The position numbers and the translations under genes were made by a program. Source: Nocardioides sp. (GTDB lineage: Bacteria > Actinomycetota > Actinomycetes > Propionibacteriales > Nocardioidaceae). Taken from it: a stretch of 64,000 bases of DNA. The stretch is from assembly GCF_044226305.1 (NCBI RefSeq), contig NZ_JBGAHF010000013.1:33883-97882 (forward strand), in the 5' to 3' direction. Of this stretch, positions 46,780-57,195 are shown piece by piece. Each line of letters starts with the position of its first letter. Within the stretch, counting starts at the first letter, position 1. The notes beneath the pieces are model-generated. The model was given only the letters and a program-made list of their open reading frames with translations. It was not told the origin of the DNA and ran no database searches.

Positions 46780-47574
46780 CTACTCCAGCGCCCAGACCAT
46801 GCGCACGGTCACCGCGGTGTGCTGCTTGCCGGCTCGGACCGGGACCGCCGCCAGAGCGCTGTCGGCCGTGGTCTCGCGGGCGAGCTGGGCGTACGGTGCC
46901 GTCGGCAACGGCGTGGTGTGCACCTCCCGCAGCGTGAGCACGTCGCCGAGCCGCTGGCCCGACGCCTCGGCGTACTGCTCCGCCTTGGCGCGGGCCTCGG
47001 CCACGGCGGCGTCCCGCGCCCGGCCGGTGACCGCCTCGGTGTCGCCCACCAGCAGGCGCAGGTCGGACACCCGCACCGCGTCGCCGCCGGCGGCCACCGC
47101 GCCCGAGACGGCGGCGCCGCCCTGAGCCAGGTCCCGGACCAGGACGGTCGCGCGCTGGGTGACCCGGTAGCCGGTGATCGTCGGCGGGTCGTAGGGGTGG
47201 TAGTCGTAGACCGGCGACATCGACAGCCCCGTCGTCTGCACGTCGGCCTTCGCCACGTCGTACTCCCGCAGGGCGGCCAGGACCCGCGCCATCGACGTGC
47301 TCGCGGCGTCGAGCGCCGAGCCCAGGTCGGGGCGGGTCAGGGTGACCCCGAGGTCGAAGGACAGCTCGTCGGGCACCGCGGTCGCGTCTCCGGTCCCGGT
47401 CATCGTCAGCACCCGGGCCCGCTCGGGTGCGGCCGTCGGTGCCGGGTCGTCGGCCGCCTGCGCCGGCGTACCGCCGCCGCCGCTGCTGCCGAGCAGGTAG
47501 GCCACCACCAGGGCCAGCGCCACCAGGCCGGCCAGGAGGAGGGTGCGCACACTCACGGTCACGTCGGCGTTCAT
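46780..47574 (-). CDS. SIMPL (DUF541) domain protein
   Basis: N-terminal TM; TGTGDATAVPD, A..EARAKAEQYA...G..LG, VPV.AG, V....W.L. Confidence 0.85.
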   Translation of the reverse strand: MNADVTVSVRTLLLAGLVALALVVAYLLGSSGGGGTPAQAADDPAPTAAPERARVLTMTGTGDATAVPDELSFDLGVTLTRPDLGSALDAASTSMARVLAALREYDVAKADVQTTGLSMSPVYDYHPYDPPTITGYRVTQRATVLVRDLAQGGAAVSGAVAAGGDAVRVSDLRLLVGDTEAVTGRARDAAVAEARAKAEQYAEASGQRLGDVLTLREVHTTPLPTAPYAQLARETTADSALAAVPVRAGKQHTAVTVRMVWALE

Positions 47575-47612
47575 GCGGGTCCGACGTGCGGCGCGCCCTC
47601 GTGGTTCCGGCG

Positions 47613-47658
47613 GACGGTCGAGTCGGGACTCGACCGTCAGCAGTCCCGACTCAACCGT
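47613..47658. repeat. three-arm inverted repeat forming alternative hairpins
   Basis: GACGGTCGAGTC (47613-24) pairs with GACTCGACCGTC (47627-38), or 47614-30 pairs with 47642-58 at 16/17; overlaps the aroQ stop. Confidence 0.75.
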
Positions 47659-48085
47659 GGGGGCGGGCGAGGTGCTCCAGGGCGAGGCGGTAGCCGTCGA
47701 TCCCGTGGCCGGCGACCACCTCCGCGGCGTGCGGAGTGACGACCGAGGTGTGGCGGAACTCCTCGGGGCGCTGGAGCGGGTCGGAGATGTGCACCTCGAC
47801 CAGCGGCGCGGTCAGCTGGGCGCAGGCGTCGTAGATCGCCCACGAGTAGTGGGTCCAGGCGGCGGCGTTGAGCACGACGGCGTCGCCGTCGTCGGCCGCG
47901 GCGTTCAGCCAGTCGAGCAGCTCGCCCTCGTGGTTGGTCTGCCGGACCTCGACCTCCAGGCCGAGCTCGCTCCCCCACGCCCGGCACATCCCGGCCAGCT
48001 CGGCGTGGGTCGTGTGCCCGTAGATCTCGGGCTGCCGGCGCCCGAGCCGGCCGAGGTTCGGCCCGTTGAGGACCAGCACCCTCAC
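47651..48085 (-). CDS. aroQ: type II 3-dehydroquinate dehydratase
   Basis: VLNGPNL..LG.RQPEIYG, QTNHEGELLD, NAAAWTHYS, EVHISD. Confidence 0.95.
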   Translation of the reverse strand: MRVLVLNGPNLGRLGRRQPEIYGHTTHAELAGMCRAWGSELGLEVEVRQTNHEGELLDWLNAAADDGDAVVLNAAAWTHYSWAIYDACAQLTAPLVEVHISDPLQRPEEFRHTSVVTPHAAEVVAGHGIDGYRLALEHLARPHG

Positions 48086-49194
48086 CGGGAGCCCCCGATC
48101 GCGGCGTAGGCGTTGCGCAGGTCGACCACGGACGGCCCGGCCAGCACGGTCGGCACCGCCAGGTCGGCGAGGACGACGAAGCGCAGCTGCGACCCGCGGG
48201 CCTTCTTGTCGACCTTCATGGCGGCGTGCAGGTCGTCGAAGGACGCCTTGGAGTACGACGTCGGCAGCCCGACCCGCGCGAACACCTCGTGGTGCCGGGC
48301 GACCACCTCGGGCGCCAGGGTGCCGGCCCGGGCGGCCAGCTCGGCGACGTACACGCAGCCGATCGCGACCGCCTCGCCGTGCCGGATCCGGTAGTTCTCG
48401 GTGCGCTCGATCGCGTGCGCGAGGGTGTGGCCATAGTTGAGCACCTCGCGGCCGGGGTGGCCCTCACCGCCGCCGGTCTCGCGCAGGTCCGAGGAGACGA
48501 CCTCCGCCTTCACCCGCACGGCCCGCTCGACGAGCTCGCGGAGCACGGCCGAGTCGGCGGTGATCGATCCGGGGTCGCTCGCCTCGACCAGCTCCAGGAT
48601 CGCCGGGTCGGCGATGAACCCGCACTTGATCACCTCGCCGAGGCCCGCGACCAGCTCGGTGCGCGGCAGCGAGCGCAGCAGCGTGAGGTCGCAGAGCACC
48701 CCGGCAGGCTCGTGGAAGGAGCCGACCAGGTTCTTGCCCCGACGGGTGTTGATGCCGGTCTTGCCGCCGACCGCCGCGTCGACCATGCCGAGCAGCGTGG
48801 TCGGCACGTGCACGACCTTGACCCCGCGCAGCCAGGTCGCGGCGACGAAGCCGCCGACGTCGGTGGTCGCGCCGCCGCCGAAGGTGACGATGGCGTCGGA
48901 GCGGGTGAACCCCGCCTCCCCCAGCGCCTCCCAGCACGACACGGCGACCGCCGCCTTCTTCGCCCGCTCGCCGTCGGGCACCGGCAGCACCATGACGTCG
49001 TACGCCGCCGCCAGCGAGTCGAGCACTGGGTTGACCAGCTCGGCCAGCACGTCGGAGAACACGACCGCGACCCGCTGCACCCCGACGCCGAGGAGCTGCG
49101 GCAGCCGGTCGGCGAGGTCGTGACCGACCACGACGTCGTACGGCGCCGGCCCCTCCACGCGCAGGACCGTGTCCCTCGCCCTCCTCGTGGTCAC
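48082..49194 (-). CDS. aroB: 3-dehydroquinate synthase
   Basis: Start GTG at 49194; GGGATTDVGGF, PTTLLGMVDAAVGGKTG, EVIKCG, LNYGHT..HA.E, HGEAV. Confidence 0.96.
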   Translation of the reverse strand: MTTRRARDTVLRVEGPAPYDVVVGHDLADRLPQLLGVGVQRVAVVFSDVLAELVNPVLDSLAAAYDVMVLPVPDGERAKKAAVAVSCWEALGEAGFTRSDAIVTFGGGATTDVGGFVAATWLRGVKVVHVPTTLLGMVDAAVGGKTGINTRRGKNLVGSFHEPAGVLCDLTLLRSLPRTELVAGLGEVIKCGFIADPAILELVEASDPGSITADSAVLRELVERAVRVKAEVVSSDLRETGGGEGHPGREVLNYGHTLAHAIERTENYRIRHGEAVAIGCVYVAELAARAGTLAPEVVARHHEVFARVGLPTSYSKASFDDLHAAMKVDKKARGSQLRFVVLADLAVPTVLAGPSVVDLRNAYAAIGGSR

Positions 49195-49694
49195 GAACCG
49201 TCCTTCCCCAGCGCCGTCACGATCTCCTCCGCGACATCCTCCGGGGTCCGCCCGTCGGTGTCCACGACCAGCGTCGCCACCGACTCGTAGACCGGCGTGC
49301 GCTCGTCGAGCAGGGCCTTGATGCGGCCGCGGACGTTGCCGAGCAGCATCGGCCGGGAGCTGCCGAGCCCGACCCGCTTCACCGCGTCGGCGAGGCCGAC
49401 CCGCAGGAAGACCACGTCGTGCCCGGCGAGCAGGTCGCGGGTGCCGGGGTCGAGCACCGCTCCACCGCCGAGGGTGAGCACGCCGTCGTGGGTGGCGACC
49501 GCCTCGGCGACCGCGGCCCGCTCCAGCGCCCGGAAGGTCTCCTCGCCGTCGTCGACGAAGATGTCCGCGATCGTCTTGCCCGCGGTGGCCTCCACGTCGT
49601 GGTCGGTGTCGCGCACCGGCTGGCCGAGGCGCCGGCCCACCAGCGCGCCGAGCGTCGTCTTGCCCGCACCCATCGGGCCGACCAGCACGATCAT
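49191..49694 (-). CDS. aroK: shikimate kinase
   Basis: [28 protein letters not shown]. Confidence 0.96.
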   Translation of the reverse strand: MIVLVGPMGAGKTTLGALVGRRLGQPVRDTDHDVEATAGKTIADIFVDDGEETFRALERAAVAEAVATHDGVLTLGGGAVLDPGTRDLLAGHDVVFLRVGLADAVKRVGLGSSRPMLLGNVRGRIKALLDERTPVYESVATLVVDTDGRTPEDVAEEIVTALGKDGS

Positions 49695-50869
49695 CGGTAG
49701 CGCAGCGCGTCCAGGTAGGACTGCGCGTTGCGTCGGGTCTCGCCCACGGAGTCACCGCCGAACTTCTCGAGCACGGCGTCGGCGAGCACCAGCGCGACCA
49801 TCGCCTCGGCGACGATCCCGGCGGCGGGCACGGCGCAGACGTCGGAGCGCTGGTGGTGGGCGACCGTCTCCTCGCCGGTGGTGACGTCGACGGTGCGCAG
49901 CGCCCGCGGGACCGTGGCGATCGGCTTCATCGCCGCTCGCGCTCGCAGCACCTCGCCGGTGGTCATGCCGCCCTCGGTGCCCCCCGAGCGCCCGCTGGTA
50001 CGTCGCAGGCCCTCGTCGGTCGGCACGATCTCGTCGTGCGCCCGGGAGCCGGGGGTCGCGGCGGTCTCGAAGCCGTCACCGATCTCGACGCCCTTGATCG
50101 CCTGGATGCCCATCAGCGCCCCGGCGAGCCGGGAGTCGATGCGCCGGTCCCAGTGCACGTGCGAGCCCAGGCCCGGCGGCAGGCCGTGCACGACGACCTC
50201 GACCACGCCGCCGAGGGTGTCGCCGTCCTTGTGCGCCTGGTCGATCGCCTCCACCATCAGCTTGCTCGCGTGGGCGTCGAGGCAGCGGACCGGGTCGTCG
50301 TCGAGCCGGGCCACGTCGTCGGGCTGCGGCCACAGCCCGGCCGGGGCGCGGACGCCGCCGAGCTCGATCACGTGCGAGACGATCCGTGCGCCGACCGACT
50401 GCTCGAGGAAGCTCGAGGCCACGCGACCGAGCGCCACCCGGGCGGCGGTCTCGCGTGCCGAGGCCCGCTCGAGCACCGGACGGGCCTCGTCGAAGTCGTA
50501 CTTCTGCATGCCCACCAGGTCGGCGTGGCCGGGCCGGGGCCGGGTCAGCGGGGCGTTGCGCGCCAGGTCGTCGAGCACGGCGGGGTCCACCGGGTCGGCC
50601 GACATCACCTGCTCCCACTTCGGCCACTCGGTGTTGCCGACCTGGATCGCGACCGGGCCGCCCTGGGTCTCGCCGTGGCGGACGCCGCCGACCAGGGTCA
50701 CCTCGTCCTGCTCGAACTTCATCCGGGCGCCGCGTCCGTAGCCGAGGCGGCGCCGGGCGAGGGCGTCGGCGATGTCGTCCGACGTCACCCGGACGTGGGC
50801 GGGCAGCCCCTCGAGGATCGCGACCAGGGAGGGGCCGTGGGACTCACCCGCGGTCAGCCAGCGCAGCAT
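49691..50869 (-). CDS. aroC: chorismate synthase
   Basis: [57 protein letters not shown]. Confidence 0.97.
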   Translation of the reverse strand: MLRWLTAGESHGPSLVAILEGLPAHVRVTSDDIADALARRRLGYGRGARMKFEQDEVTLVGGVRHGETQGGPVAIQVGNTEWPKWEQVMSADPVDPAVLDDLARNAPLTRPRPGHADLVGMQKYDFDEARPVLERASARETAARVALGRVASSFLEQSVGARIVSHVIELGGVRAPAGLWPQPDDVARLDDDPVRCLDAHASKLMVEAIDQAHKDGDTLGGVVEVVVHGLPPGLGSHVHWDRRIDSRLAGALMGIQAIKGVEIGDGFETAATPGSRAHDEIVPTDEGLRRTSGRSGGTEGGMTTGEVLRARAAMKPIATVPRALRTVDVTTGEETVAHHQRSDVCAVPAAGIVAEAMVALVLADAVLEKFGGDSVGETRRNAQSYLDALRYR

Positions 50870-50909
50870 GGCGCCAGTGTTCCACGAACCCCCTCGGTGG
50901 GATTCACCG

Positions 50910-51677
50910 TCACCCGGTGACGAGATGGGACCAGAGCGTCCCGCCCAGCACCACCCCGGCCAGTGCCCCGCCGAGGAGGAACGGTCCGAACGGGTACGCG
51001 ACCTTCAGCACCCGCCGGTCCCAGCGCAGCAGCGCGACGACGAGTCCCGGGACCGAGAACGCGAGGAAGCCGCCGTACACCCCGATGAGGAGCTCGGGCC
51101 AGCCGAGGTAGGCGAGCGCGAACCCGACGACCGCGGAGAGCCGGACGTCGCCGAACCCCATCCCGGCGGGGTACACCCACCACAGCACGTAGAAGAACGC
51201 GAACACGCCGACGGCGCCGAGGAGGCCCCGGACCAGCGCGGCGGGGTCGTGGGAGAGCAGCGCGCTCACGGTGCCGAGCAGGACGACGGCCCCGAACAGC
51301 GGCCAGACCACCACCGTGGGCAGCAGCCGGGTGCGCAGGTCGATGACCGCGAGGGCGACGCCCACCGGGACCAGCGGCAGCAGGAAGAGCAGCGGCCAGG
51401 CGAGGCCGACCGAGGCGCCGACGAGCCCGCCGGCGACCGCGCTCGTCCCCGCCGCCAGCAGCGGCAGCCGCGGCTCGGCCGCGATCGCGGCGTACGGCGG
51501 CTTGGGGTCGGGCTCCGGACCGGGCCCGGACCCGGGGCCGGCGTCGGCCGCCGGGTCCGGCTCCGCCAGGGGCTCGGGCTCGGGCTCGGGCACCCGCCGG
51601 ATCAGCGCCGGCACCAGCAGCCCGGCCGCGCCGCAGCCGACCACGCCGAGCGCGACCGCCGCCGGGTCGACGCTCAC
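50910..51677 (-). CDS. A24-family (prepilin) peptidase
   Basis: Start GTG at 51677; ID...RLLP and GMGFGDVRL (two catalytic Asp), PFGPFL; TM-rich. Confidence 0.87.
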   Translation of the reverse strand: MSVDPAAVALGVVGCGAAGLLVPALIRRVPEPEPEPLAEPDPAADAGPGSGPGPEPDPKPPYAAIAAEPRLPLLAAGTSAVAGGLVGASVGLAWPLLFLLPLVPVGVALAVIDLRTRLLPTVVVWPLFGAVVLLGTVSALLSHDPAALVRGLLGAVGVFAFFYVLWWVYPAGMGFGDVRLSAVVGFALAYLGWPELLIGVYGGFLAFSVPGLVVALLRWDRRVLKVAYPFGPFLLGGALAGVVLGGTLWSHLVTG

Positions 51678-52489
51678 CCGGGCCGCCGGGACCCGAGCTC
51701 GCGCACCCCGGCCGCGCGCATCGCCTCGAGCGGCCCGGGCCGCCCGGTGAACATCTCGAACTGGAGCACCGCCTGGTGCACGAGCAGGTCCAGGCCCCCG
51801 ACGAGCACCCGGTCGGCACCCACGGAGGCGGCCAGCGGCGTCGGCCACGGCTCGTAGAGCGCCTCGAAGACCACAGCGGTGTCGGCGCAGCGCGCGACCA
51901 GCCCCGCGTCCTGGGCGGCTGCCGGCACCGTCGACACCACGACCTCGCCCACGACGGTGCCCCCGGTCAGCGGCAGCACCTCGACGTGCGGGCCGGACGG
52001 GTGCGCGGCGATCGCCGCGGCCGTCGCTGCGGCCCGCTCGGGTGCCCGCGCGAGCAGCCGCACGGACGTCGCGCCGAGCTCGCAGAGCGCCAGGCCGGTC
52101 GACGCCGCGGTCGCTCCGCCGCCGAGCACGGTGCCGGTCGTCACCGGTCCGTCGTACCGCTCACGCACCGCGGCGACCGCGCCCGGGAGGTCGGTGTTGT
52201 CGGCGAGCACCACCACCCCGTCCTCGAGGAGCAGCGTGTTGGCCGCGCCGGCCAGCCGGGCCCGGTCGCTCACCGCCCGGGTCAGCAGCAGCGCCCGTCG
52301 CTTCAGGGGCATCGTCAGCGACAGCCCGCGCCACTCCGGCCCGAGGCCCGCGACGGCGTCGGTCAGCTCGTCCTCGCCGACCCGCAGCGCGTCGTAGCGC
52401 CAGTCGAGCCCGAGTTCGGCGTACCCGGCGTGGTGCAGGGCCGGTGACAGGGAGTGGGCGATCGGGTCACCCATGACGGCGCAGCGCAT
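51674..52489 (-). CDS. aroE: shikimate dehydrogenase
   Basis: GDPIAHSLSP.LH, SLTMPLK, AANT, DNTD, GGGATA, LLVHQA..QF. Confidence 0.95.
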   Translation of the reverse strand: MRCAVMGDPIAHSLSPALHHAGYAELGLDWRYDALRVGEDELTDAVAGLGPEWRGLSLTMPLKRRALLLTRAVSDRARLAGAANTLLLEDGVVVLADNTDLPGAVAAVRERYDGPVTTGTVLGGGATAASTGLALCELGATSVRLLARAPERAAATAAAIAAHPSGPHVEVLPLTGGTVVGEVVVSTVPAAAQDAGLVARCADTAVVFEALYEPWPTPLAASVGADRVLVGGLDLLVHQAVLQFEMFTGRPGPLEAMRAAGVRELGSRRPG

Positions 52490-52504
52490 GGTCGGTCGCA
52501 GGGG

Positions 52505-53716
52505 TCAGCAGCGGTCGGACTGCGTCGCGCAGTACTGCTGGAGCTCGTCCTTGTAGGTGAGGAACTCGTCGTAGGAGTCGGTGAACTTGGTCTCGCCGGT
52601 GCGCAGGTTGGTCGTCACGTAGAAGAACCACGGACCGTCCGCCGGGTGAGCGGCCGCCGCGATCGCGTCGTCGCCGGGGGCCTCGATCGGCGTCGGGGGC
52701 AGGCCCTTCTGCTTGTAGGTGTTGTACGGCGAGTCCGCCACGGAGTCGATCTCGTCCTGGGTCAGCACCGCGACCGTCGGCCGGTCGAGGGCGTAGTTGA
52801 CCGAGGCGTCGACCTGGAGGAAGCCGGCGCTGGGGTTGCCGTCGATCTCGAGCCGGTTGTAGATGACCCGGGCGATCTTCGGCATGTCGTCACCGCGCCC
52901 CTCGGCCTGGACCAGGCTCGCGACCGTCATCAGCTCCTGCGGCGTGTAGCCGAGGTCGGCGGCGGCCGACTCGAGGTCGGCGTCCTCGGCCGCCTGCTTC
53001 CAGCGGTCCACCATGTCGGTGAGCATCGAGGTCGGGGTCGCGTCCGGGCCGAAGTCGTAGGTGGCCGGGAACAGGTAGCCCTCGGGGTTGCCCTCGGCGT
53101 AGTCCGGCAGGCCGAGCTTGCTCGGGTCCTCCAGGACCTTCTCGAAGTCGGCCTCGGAGTACTTGGTCTTGTCCGCCAGGATGGCGACGGTGTCGACGAC
53201 GCGGAGCCCCTCCGGGATCGTCACCGTGTCCTTCACCAGGTTGGACGGGTCGACCAGGATGTCGACGACGTCGTCGGAGGCCATCTCCTTCTTCAGCTGG
53301 AAGTAGCCGGCCTGGATGCTCGACGACTCCGGGTTGCTGTTCGCGGCGTCGATGAAGGACTCCACGGAGGCCACGACGCCGGCGGCCTTGAGGTTCCGGC
53401 CGATCTCCGACGCGGTGTCGCCCGAGTGGACCTGGAAGGTCACCTCGCCGTGCCCGGGGCCGGGGTAGTCGGGAGCGGAGGAGAACTGGTCCCCCACCTT
53501 GTCGATGCCCCAGGTCACCACGAAGTAGAACCCGCCGATGACCACGGCGAGCGCGACGAGGACCGCCAGGCACCCGGGCAGGCTGCGCCGCTTGCTGCCC
53601 CGACGTCGTCCCGTCTCGTACGTCGTCGTCTCGTCCTCGAGGTCGCCGCGGTCGTCGGGGTCGGTCACGTCGTCGGCACCGAGCAGCGGGTGGTTGCTCT
53701 CGTGCTCGTCGGTCAT
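52505..53716 (-). CDS. mltG: endolytic transglycosylase (YceG family)
   Basis: Single TM; TIPEG, EGYLFPATY, ASLVQAEG, VIYNRL, LQVDAS, SPYNTY...GLPPTPI. Confidence 0.93.
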   Translation of the reverse strand: MTDEHESNHPLLGADDVTDPDDRGDLEDETTTYETGRRRGSKRRSLPGCLAVLVALAVVIGGFYFVVTWGIDKVGDQFSSAPDYPGPGHGEVTFQVHSGDTASEIGRNLKAAGVVASVESFIDAANSNPESSSIQAGYFQLKKEMASDDVVDILVDPSNLVKDTVTIPEGLRVVDTVAILADKTKYSEADFEKVLEDPSKLGLPDYAEGNPEGYLFPATYDFGPDATPTSMLTDMVDRWKQAAEDADLESAAADLGYTPQELMTVASLVQAEGRGDDMPKIARVIYNRLEIDGNPSAGFLQVDASVNYALDRPTVAVLTQDEIDSVADSPYNTYKQKGLPPTPIEAPGDDAIAAAAHPADGPWFFYVTTNLRTGETKFTDSYDEFLTYKDELQQYCATQSDRC

Positions 53717-54171
53717 CAGGTCTCCTCCACGATCTCGCCCGGCGGGTTCCCCGTGGTGCGTTCTGCGTCCAGCGCGTGCTGGAGGATGAGCACGGCCGCC
53801 GCCTGGTCCACGACCGCGCGCCGCTTGGCCCCGGTGCGGCCTCGGTCGCGCAGCATAGCCTCCGCGGACACCGTGGTCATCCGCTCGTCGACGAGGCGCA
53901 CCCCGATCGGGTGCACCCGGCGGGCCAGCGCGGCCGCGAACTCGCGCACCTTCACGGCCGCCGGGCCCTCCCGGCCCGACAGGGACCGGGGCAGGCCGAC
54001 CACGAGCTCCACGGCCTCCTCCTCGGCCGCGATGGCCGCGATCCGGGCGAGGTCGCCCTTGCCGCGCCGCACGGTCTCGACCGGGGTCGCCAGGAACCCG
54101 GTCGGGTCGCTGCGCGCGACGCCGATCCGGGCGTCCCCGGGATCGATGCCGAGGCGGACGCCGTGGCGCAT
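53716..54171 (-). CDS. ruvX: YqgF/RuvX pre-16S rRNA nuclease
   Basis: LGIDPGDARIGVA.SD, VVGLP, DERMTT, DQAAAVLILQ. Confidence 0.95.
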   Translation of the reverse strand: MRHGVRLGIDPGDARIGVARSDPTGFLATPVETVRRGKGDLARIAAIAAEEEAVELVVGLPRSLSGREGPAAVKVREFAAALARRVHPIGVRLVDERMTTVSAEAMLRDRGRTGAKRRAVVDQAAAVLILQHALDAERTTGNPPGEIVEET

Positions 54172-54184
54172 CAGGCCGGTGCCG

Positions 54185-56884
54185 TCATCCGCCGGCGACC
54201 CGCCCGACCTCGGTCTCGACGAGCGCCAGCGCCTCGTCGATCCGCGAGGCGTCGGTGCCGCCGCCCTGGGCGACGTCGTCCTTCCCGCCGCCCTTGCCGC
54301 CGACGAGCGGACCGACCGCGCGGACCAGCCCGTTCGCGCTCAGGCCACGCGCCCGGGCCTCGTCGTTCACCGCCGCGACCACGGACACCTTGCCGTCGAG
54401 GGCCCCGATGACGACCGCGACCCCGGGCTCCCCCTGGGGCAGCCGGCCGCGGACGTCCAGCGCCAGCGCGCGCACGTCGCCACCGCCCGCGCCGTCGGCG
54501 CGGTGGGCCACCAGCAGGACCGGACCGACCCGGGTCGCCCCCGCGGCCAGCTCGCCGGCCGCAGCCAGCAGGTGCTGGACCCGGACCTTCTCGATCTCCT
54601 TCTCGGCGGCGCGCAGCTTTTCGACGATGTCGCTGACCCGCTCGGGCAGCTGCTCCGGGCGCACCTTGAGGGTCTCGGAGAGCTGGTTGACGAGCACGTG
54701 CTCGCGGGCGAGGAAGCGGTAGGCGTCGCTGCCGACGAGCGCCTCGACCCGGCGCACGCCCGAGCCGATCGACGACTCCCCGAGCAGCTTGATGACGCCG
54801 AGCTTGCCCGAGCTGCCGGCGTGCGTGCCGCCGCACAGCTCCCGGGCCCAGTCGCCGACGCTGACGACCCGCACCCGGTCGCCGTACTTCTCGCCGAACA
54901 GCGCCATCGCTCCGGACGCCACGGCCTCCTTCTGGGTCATGATCTCGGCGTGCACGGCCAGGTCGTCGAGCACGACGTCGTTCACCCGCGCCTCGACGTC
55001 CGCCATCACCGAGGCCGGCACGGCGCCGGTGGCGGAGAAGTCGAAGCGGAAGCGGCCCGGTGCGTTCTCCGAGCCCGCCTGGGTCGCGGTCTCCCCCAGC
55101 GCCTCCCGGAACGCCTTGTGCACCATGTGGGTCGCGGTGTGGGCGCGGGAGATCGACCGCCGCCGCTCGACGTCGACGCGCAGCTGCGCCGCCAGCCCCG
55201 GCGTCACCTCGCCCTCGAGCACGCGCACGTGGTGGGCGACGACCCCGGTGACCGGCGACTGCACGTCGAGCACCTCGACGCGGGCCCCGTTCTCGAGCTC
55301 GATCACGCCCTGGTCGGCGAGCTGTCCGCCGCCCTCGGCGTAGAACGGCGTGCGGTCGAGCACCAGCTCGACCAGCTCGCCCGGCCCCGCCGCACGCACG
55401 ACCCCGCCCGCGGCGACGATCCCACGCACCGAGCCCTCGTCCACGACGCTGTCGTAGCCGGTGAAGACCACCGGCGCGCCCATCGCGTCGGCGACCTCGC
55501 GGTAGGCCGACGCGTCGCGGTGCTGGCCCTTCTTCGACTTGGCGTCGTCCTTGGCCCGCTGCCGCTGCTCGTCCATCAGCCGGCGGAACCCGGCCTCATC
55601 CACGGCGAGCCCCTGCTCGGAGGCCATCTCGAGGGTCAGGTCGATCGGGAACCCGTAGGTGTCGTGGAGCGCGAAGGCCTGGTCGCCCGGGAGCGTCGTG
55701 CCACCGGTCTTCTTCAGCGCGGCGGTCGCCTGGTCGAAGATCGTGGTGCCGGCCCGCAGGGTCTGCCGGAACGCGTGCTCCTCGGCGTAGGCGACCGTCG
55801 AGATGCGCTCCCAGTCCTGGTGGAGCGCCGTGTAGGTCTCGCCCATCTTGTCCCGGCTCACCGGGAGCAGCTCGGGCAGCGCCGGGTCCTCGTAGCCGAG
55901 CAGCCGCATCGAGCGGACCACGCGGCGGAGCAGGCGGCGCAGCACGTAGCCGCGCGCCTCGTTGCCGGGCGTCACCCCGTCGGCGATGAGCATCATCGAG
56001 CTGCGGACGTGGTCGGTGACCACCCGGAACCGGACGTCGTCCTCGTGGTCGGCGCCGTAGCGACGCCCGGTGAGCGCCTCGGCCTTCTCGATCACCGGGT
56101 AGAGCACGTCGATCTCGTAGTTGTTCTCCTTGTCCTGCAGGAGGAACGCCACCCGCTCGAGGCCCATGCCGGTGTCGATGTTCTTCTTCGGCAGCGACCC
56201 CGCGATGTCGAAGTCCGACTTGGAGCGCACCGCGGAGAGCGAGTCCTGCATGAAGACCAGGTTCCAGATCTCCAGCAGGCGGTCCTCGAGGTCGACGGGC
56301 ATGTCGGGTCCGAGGGCGGTCGGGTCGAAGTCGGGACCGTACGCCGGGCCCCGGTCGATGAGGATCTCCGAGCACGGCCCACCGGGTCCGGGCACGCCCA
56401 TCGACCAGTAGTTCTCCTTCTTGCCCAGCCGCAGGATGCGCTCGTCGGGCAGGCCGGTGACCTTCTTCCAGAGCTCGACCGCCTCCGGGTCCGCGTCGTA
56501 CACGCTCGGGTAGAGCCGACCCTCGGGCAGACCGAACCCGCCGTCGGTGACCGGCTTGGTGACCAGCTCCCAGGCGAGCTCGATCGCGCCCTCCTTGAAG
56601 TAGTCGCCGAAGGAGAAGTTGCCGCACATCTCGAAGAACGTGTTGTGCCGGGTGGTCTTGCCGACGTCCTCGATGTCGGCGGTGCGCACGCACTTCTGCA
56701 CGCTGGTGGCCCGCGCGTACGGCGGCGTCTCCTGCCCGAGGAAGTAGGGCTTGAACGGCACCATGCCGGCGTTCACGAACAGCAGGTTCGGGTCGTCCAA
56801 CAGCAACGAGGCCGAGGGCACCGGCGTGTGGCCGTGCGACTCGAAGTGAGCCACGAACCGGCGGCGGATCTCCGCGGTGTCCAT
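54185..56884 (-). CDS. alaS: alanine--tRNA ligase
   Basis: LLFVNAGMVPFK, QKCVRT, GNFSFGDYFK, IDTGMGLER, DTYGFP, HTATH, ELCGGTH, GKGGGK. Confidence 0.98.
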   Translation of the reverse strand: MDTAEIRRRFVAHFESHGHTPVPSASLLLDDPNLLFVNAGMVPFKPYFLGQETPPYARATSVQKCVRTADIEDVGKTTRHNTFFEMCGNFSFGDYFKEGAIELAWELVTKPVTDGGFGLPEGRLYPSVYDADPEAVELWKKVTGLPDERILRLGKKENYWSMGVPGPGGPCSEILIDRGPAYGPDFDPTALGPDMPVDLEDRLLEIWNLVFMQDSLSAVRSKSDFDIAGSLPKKNIDTGMGLERVAFLLQDKENNYEIDVLYPVIEKAEALTGRRYGADHEDDVRFRVVTDHVRSSMMLIADGVTPGNEARGYVLRRLLRRVVRSMRLLGYEDPALPELLPVSRDKMGETYTALHQDWERISTVAYAEEHAFRQTLRAGTTIFDQATAALKKTGGTTLPGDQAFALHDTYGFPIDLTLEMASEQGLAVDEAGFRRLMDEQRQRAKDDAKSKKGQHRDASAYREVADAMGAPVVFTGYDSVVDEGSVRGIVAAGGVVRAAGPGELVELVLDRTPFYAEGGGQLADQGVIELENGARVEVLDVQSPVTGVVAHHVRVLEGEVTPGLAAQLRVDVERRRSISRAHTATHMVHKAFREALGETATQAGSENAPGRFRFDFSATGAVPASVMADVEARVNDVVLDDLAVHAEIMTQKEAVASGAMALFGEKYGDRVRVVSVGDWARELCGGTHAGSSGKLGVIKLLGESSIGSGVRRVEALVGSDAYRFLAREHVLVNQLSETLKVRPEQLPERVSDIVEKLRAAEKEIEKVRVQHLLAAAGELAAGATRVGPVLLVAHRADGAGGGDVRALALDVRGRLPQGEPGVAVVIGALDGKVSVVAAVNDEARARGLSANGLVRAVGPLVGGKGGGKDDVAQGGGTDASRIDEALALVETEVGRVAGG

Positions 56885-57195
56885 CAGATGCTGCCTTCCT
56901 CGGATGTCTCGGTGGGTGGGTCGGAGGTGGTCGGGCCGGCCGGGACCGCCTTGTGGCGGCCGCCGGTGAGCGCGGGTGTCCCATGAGGCACGAGACCGAG
57001 GCGGTCGCGCAACTCCGATTCCTTCTCGGCGCTCGCCTGGGCGACCTCATCGCGGAAGACCCGAGCGCCGACCTCGAAGGCGCCGAGCCGGTCCTTGAGG
57101 CCGTCCACGGTGAAGACCTCGGCCGCGCGCCGGCCCCGGACCATCACGTAGACGGCGGTCCCGGCTCCGGCGGCGAACCAGAGCCCGCGCCTCAT
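56884..57195 (-). CDS. small conserved protein upstream of alaS (DUF6167-like)
   Basis: MRRGLWFAAGAGTAVYV, N-terminal hydrophobic helix; its stop overlaps the alaS start. Family name recalled, not searched. Confidence 0.7.
   Translation of the reverse strand: MRRGLWFAAGAGTAVYVMVRGRRAAEVFTVDGLKDRLGAFEVGARVFRDEVAQASAEKESELRDRLGLVPHGTPALTGGRHKAVPAGPTTSDPPTETSEEGSI

Noticed and set aside
50910-51677. Prepilin peptidase inside the aro operon as a sign of a pilus system
   Set aside because: An A24 peptidase between aroE and aroC is a common actinobacterial arrangement, and no pilin or Tad genes are in the window.
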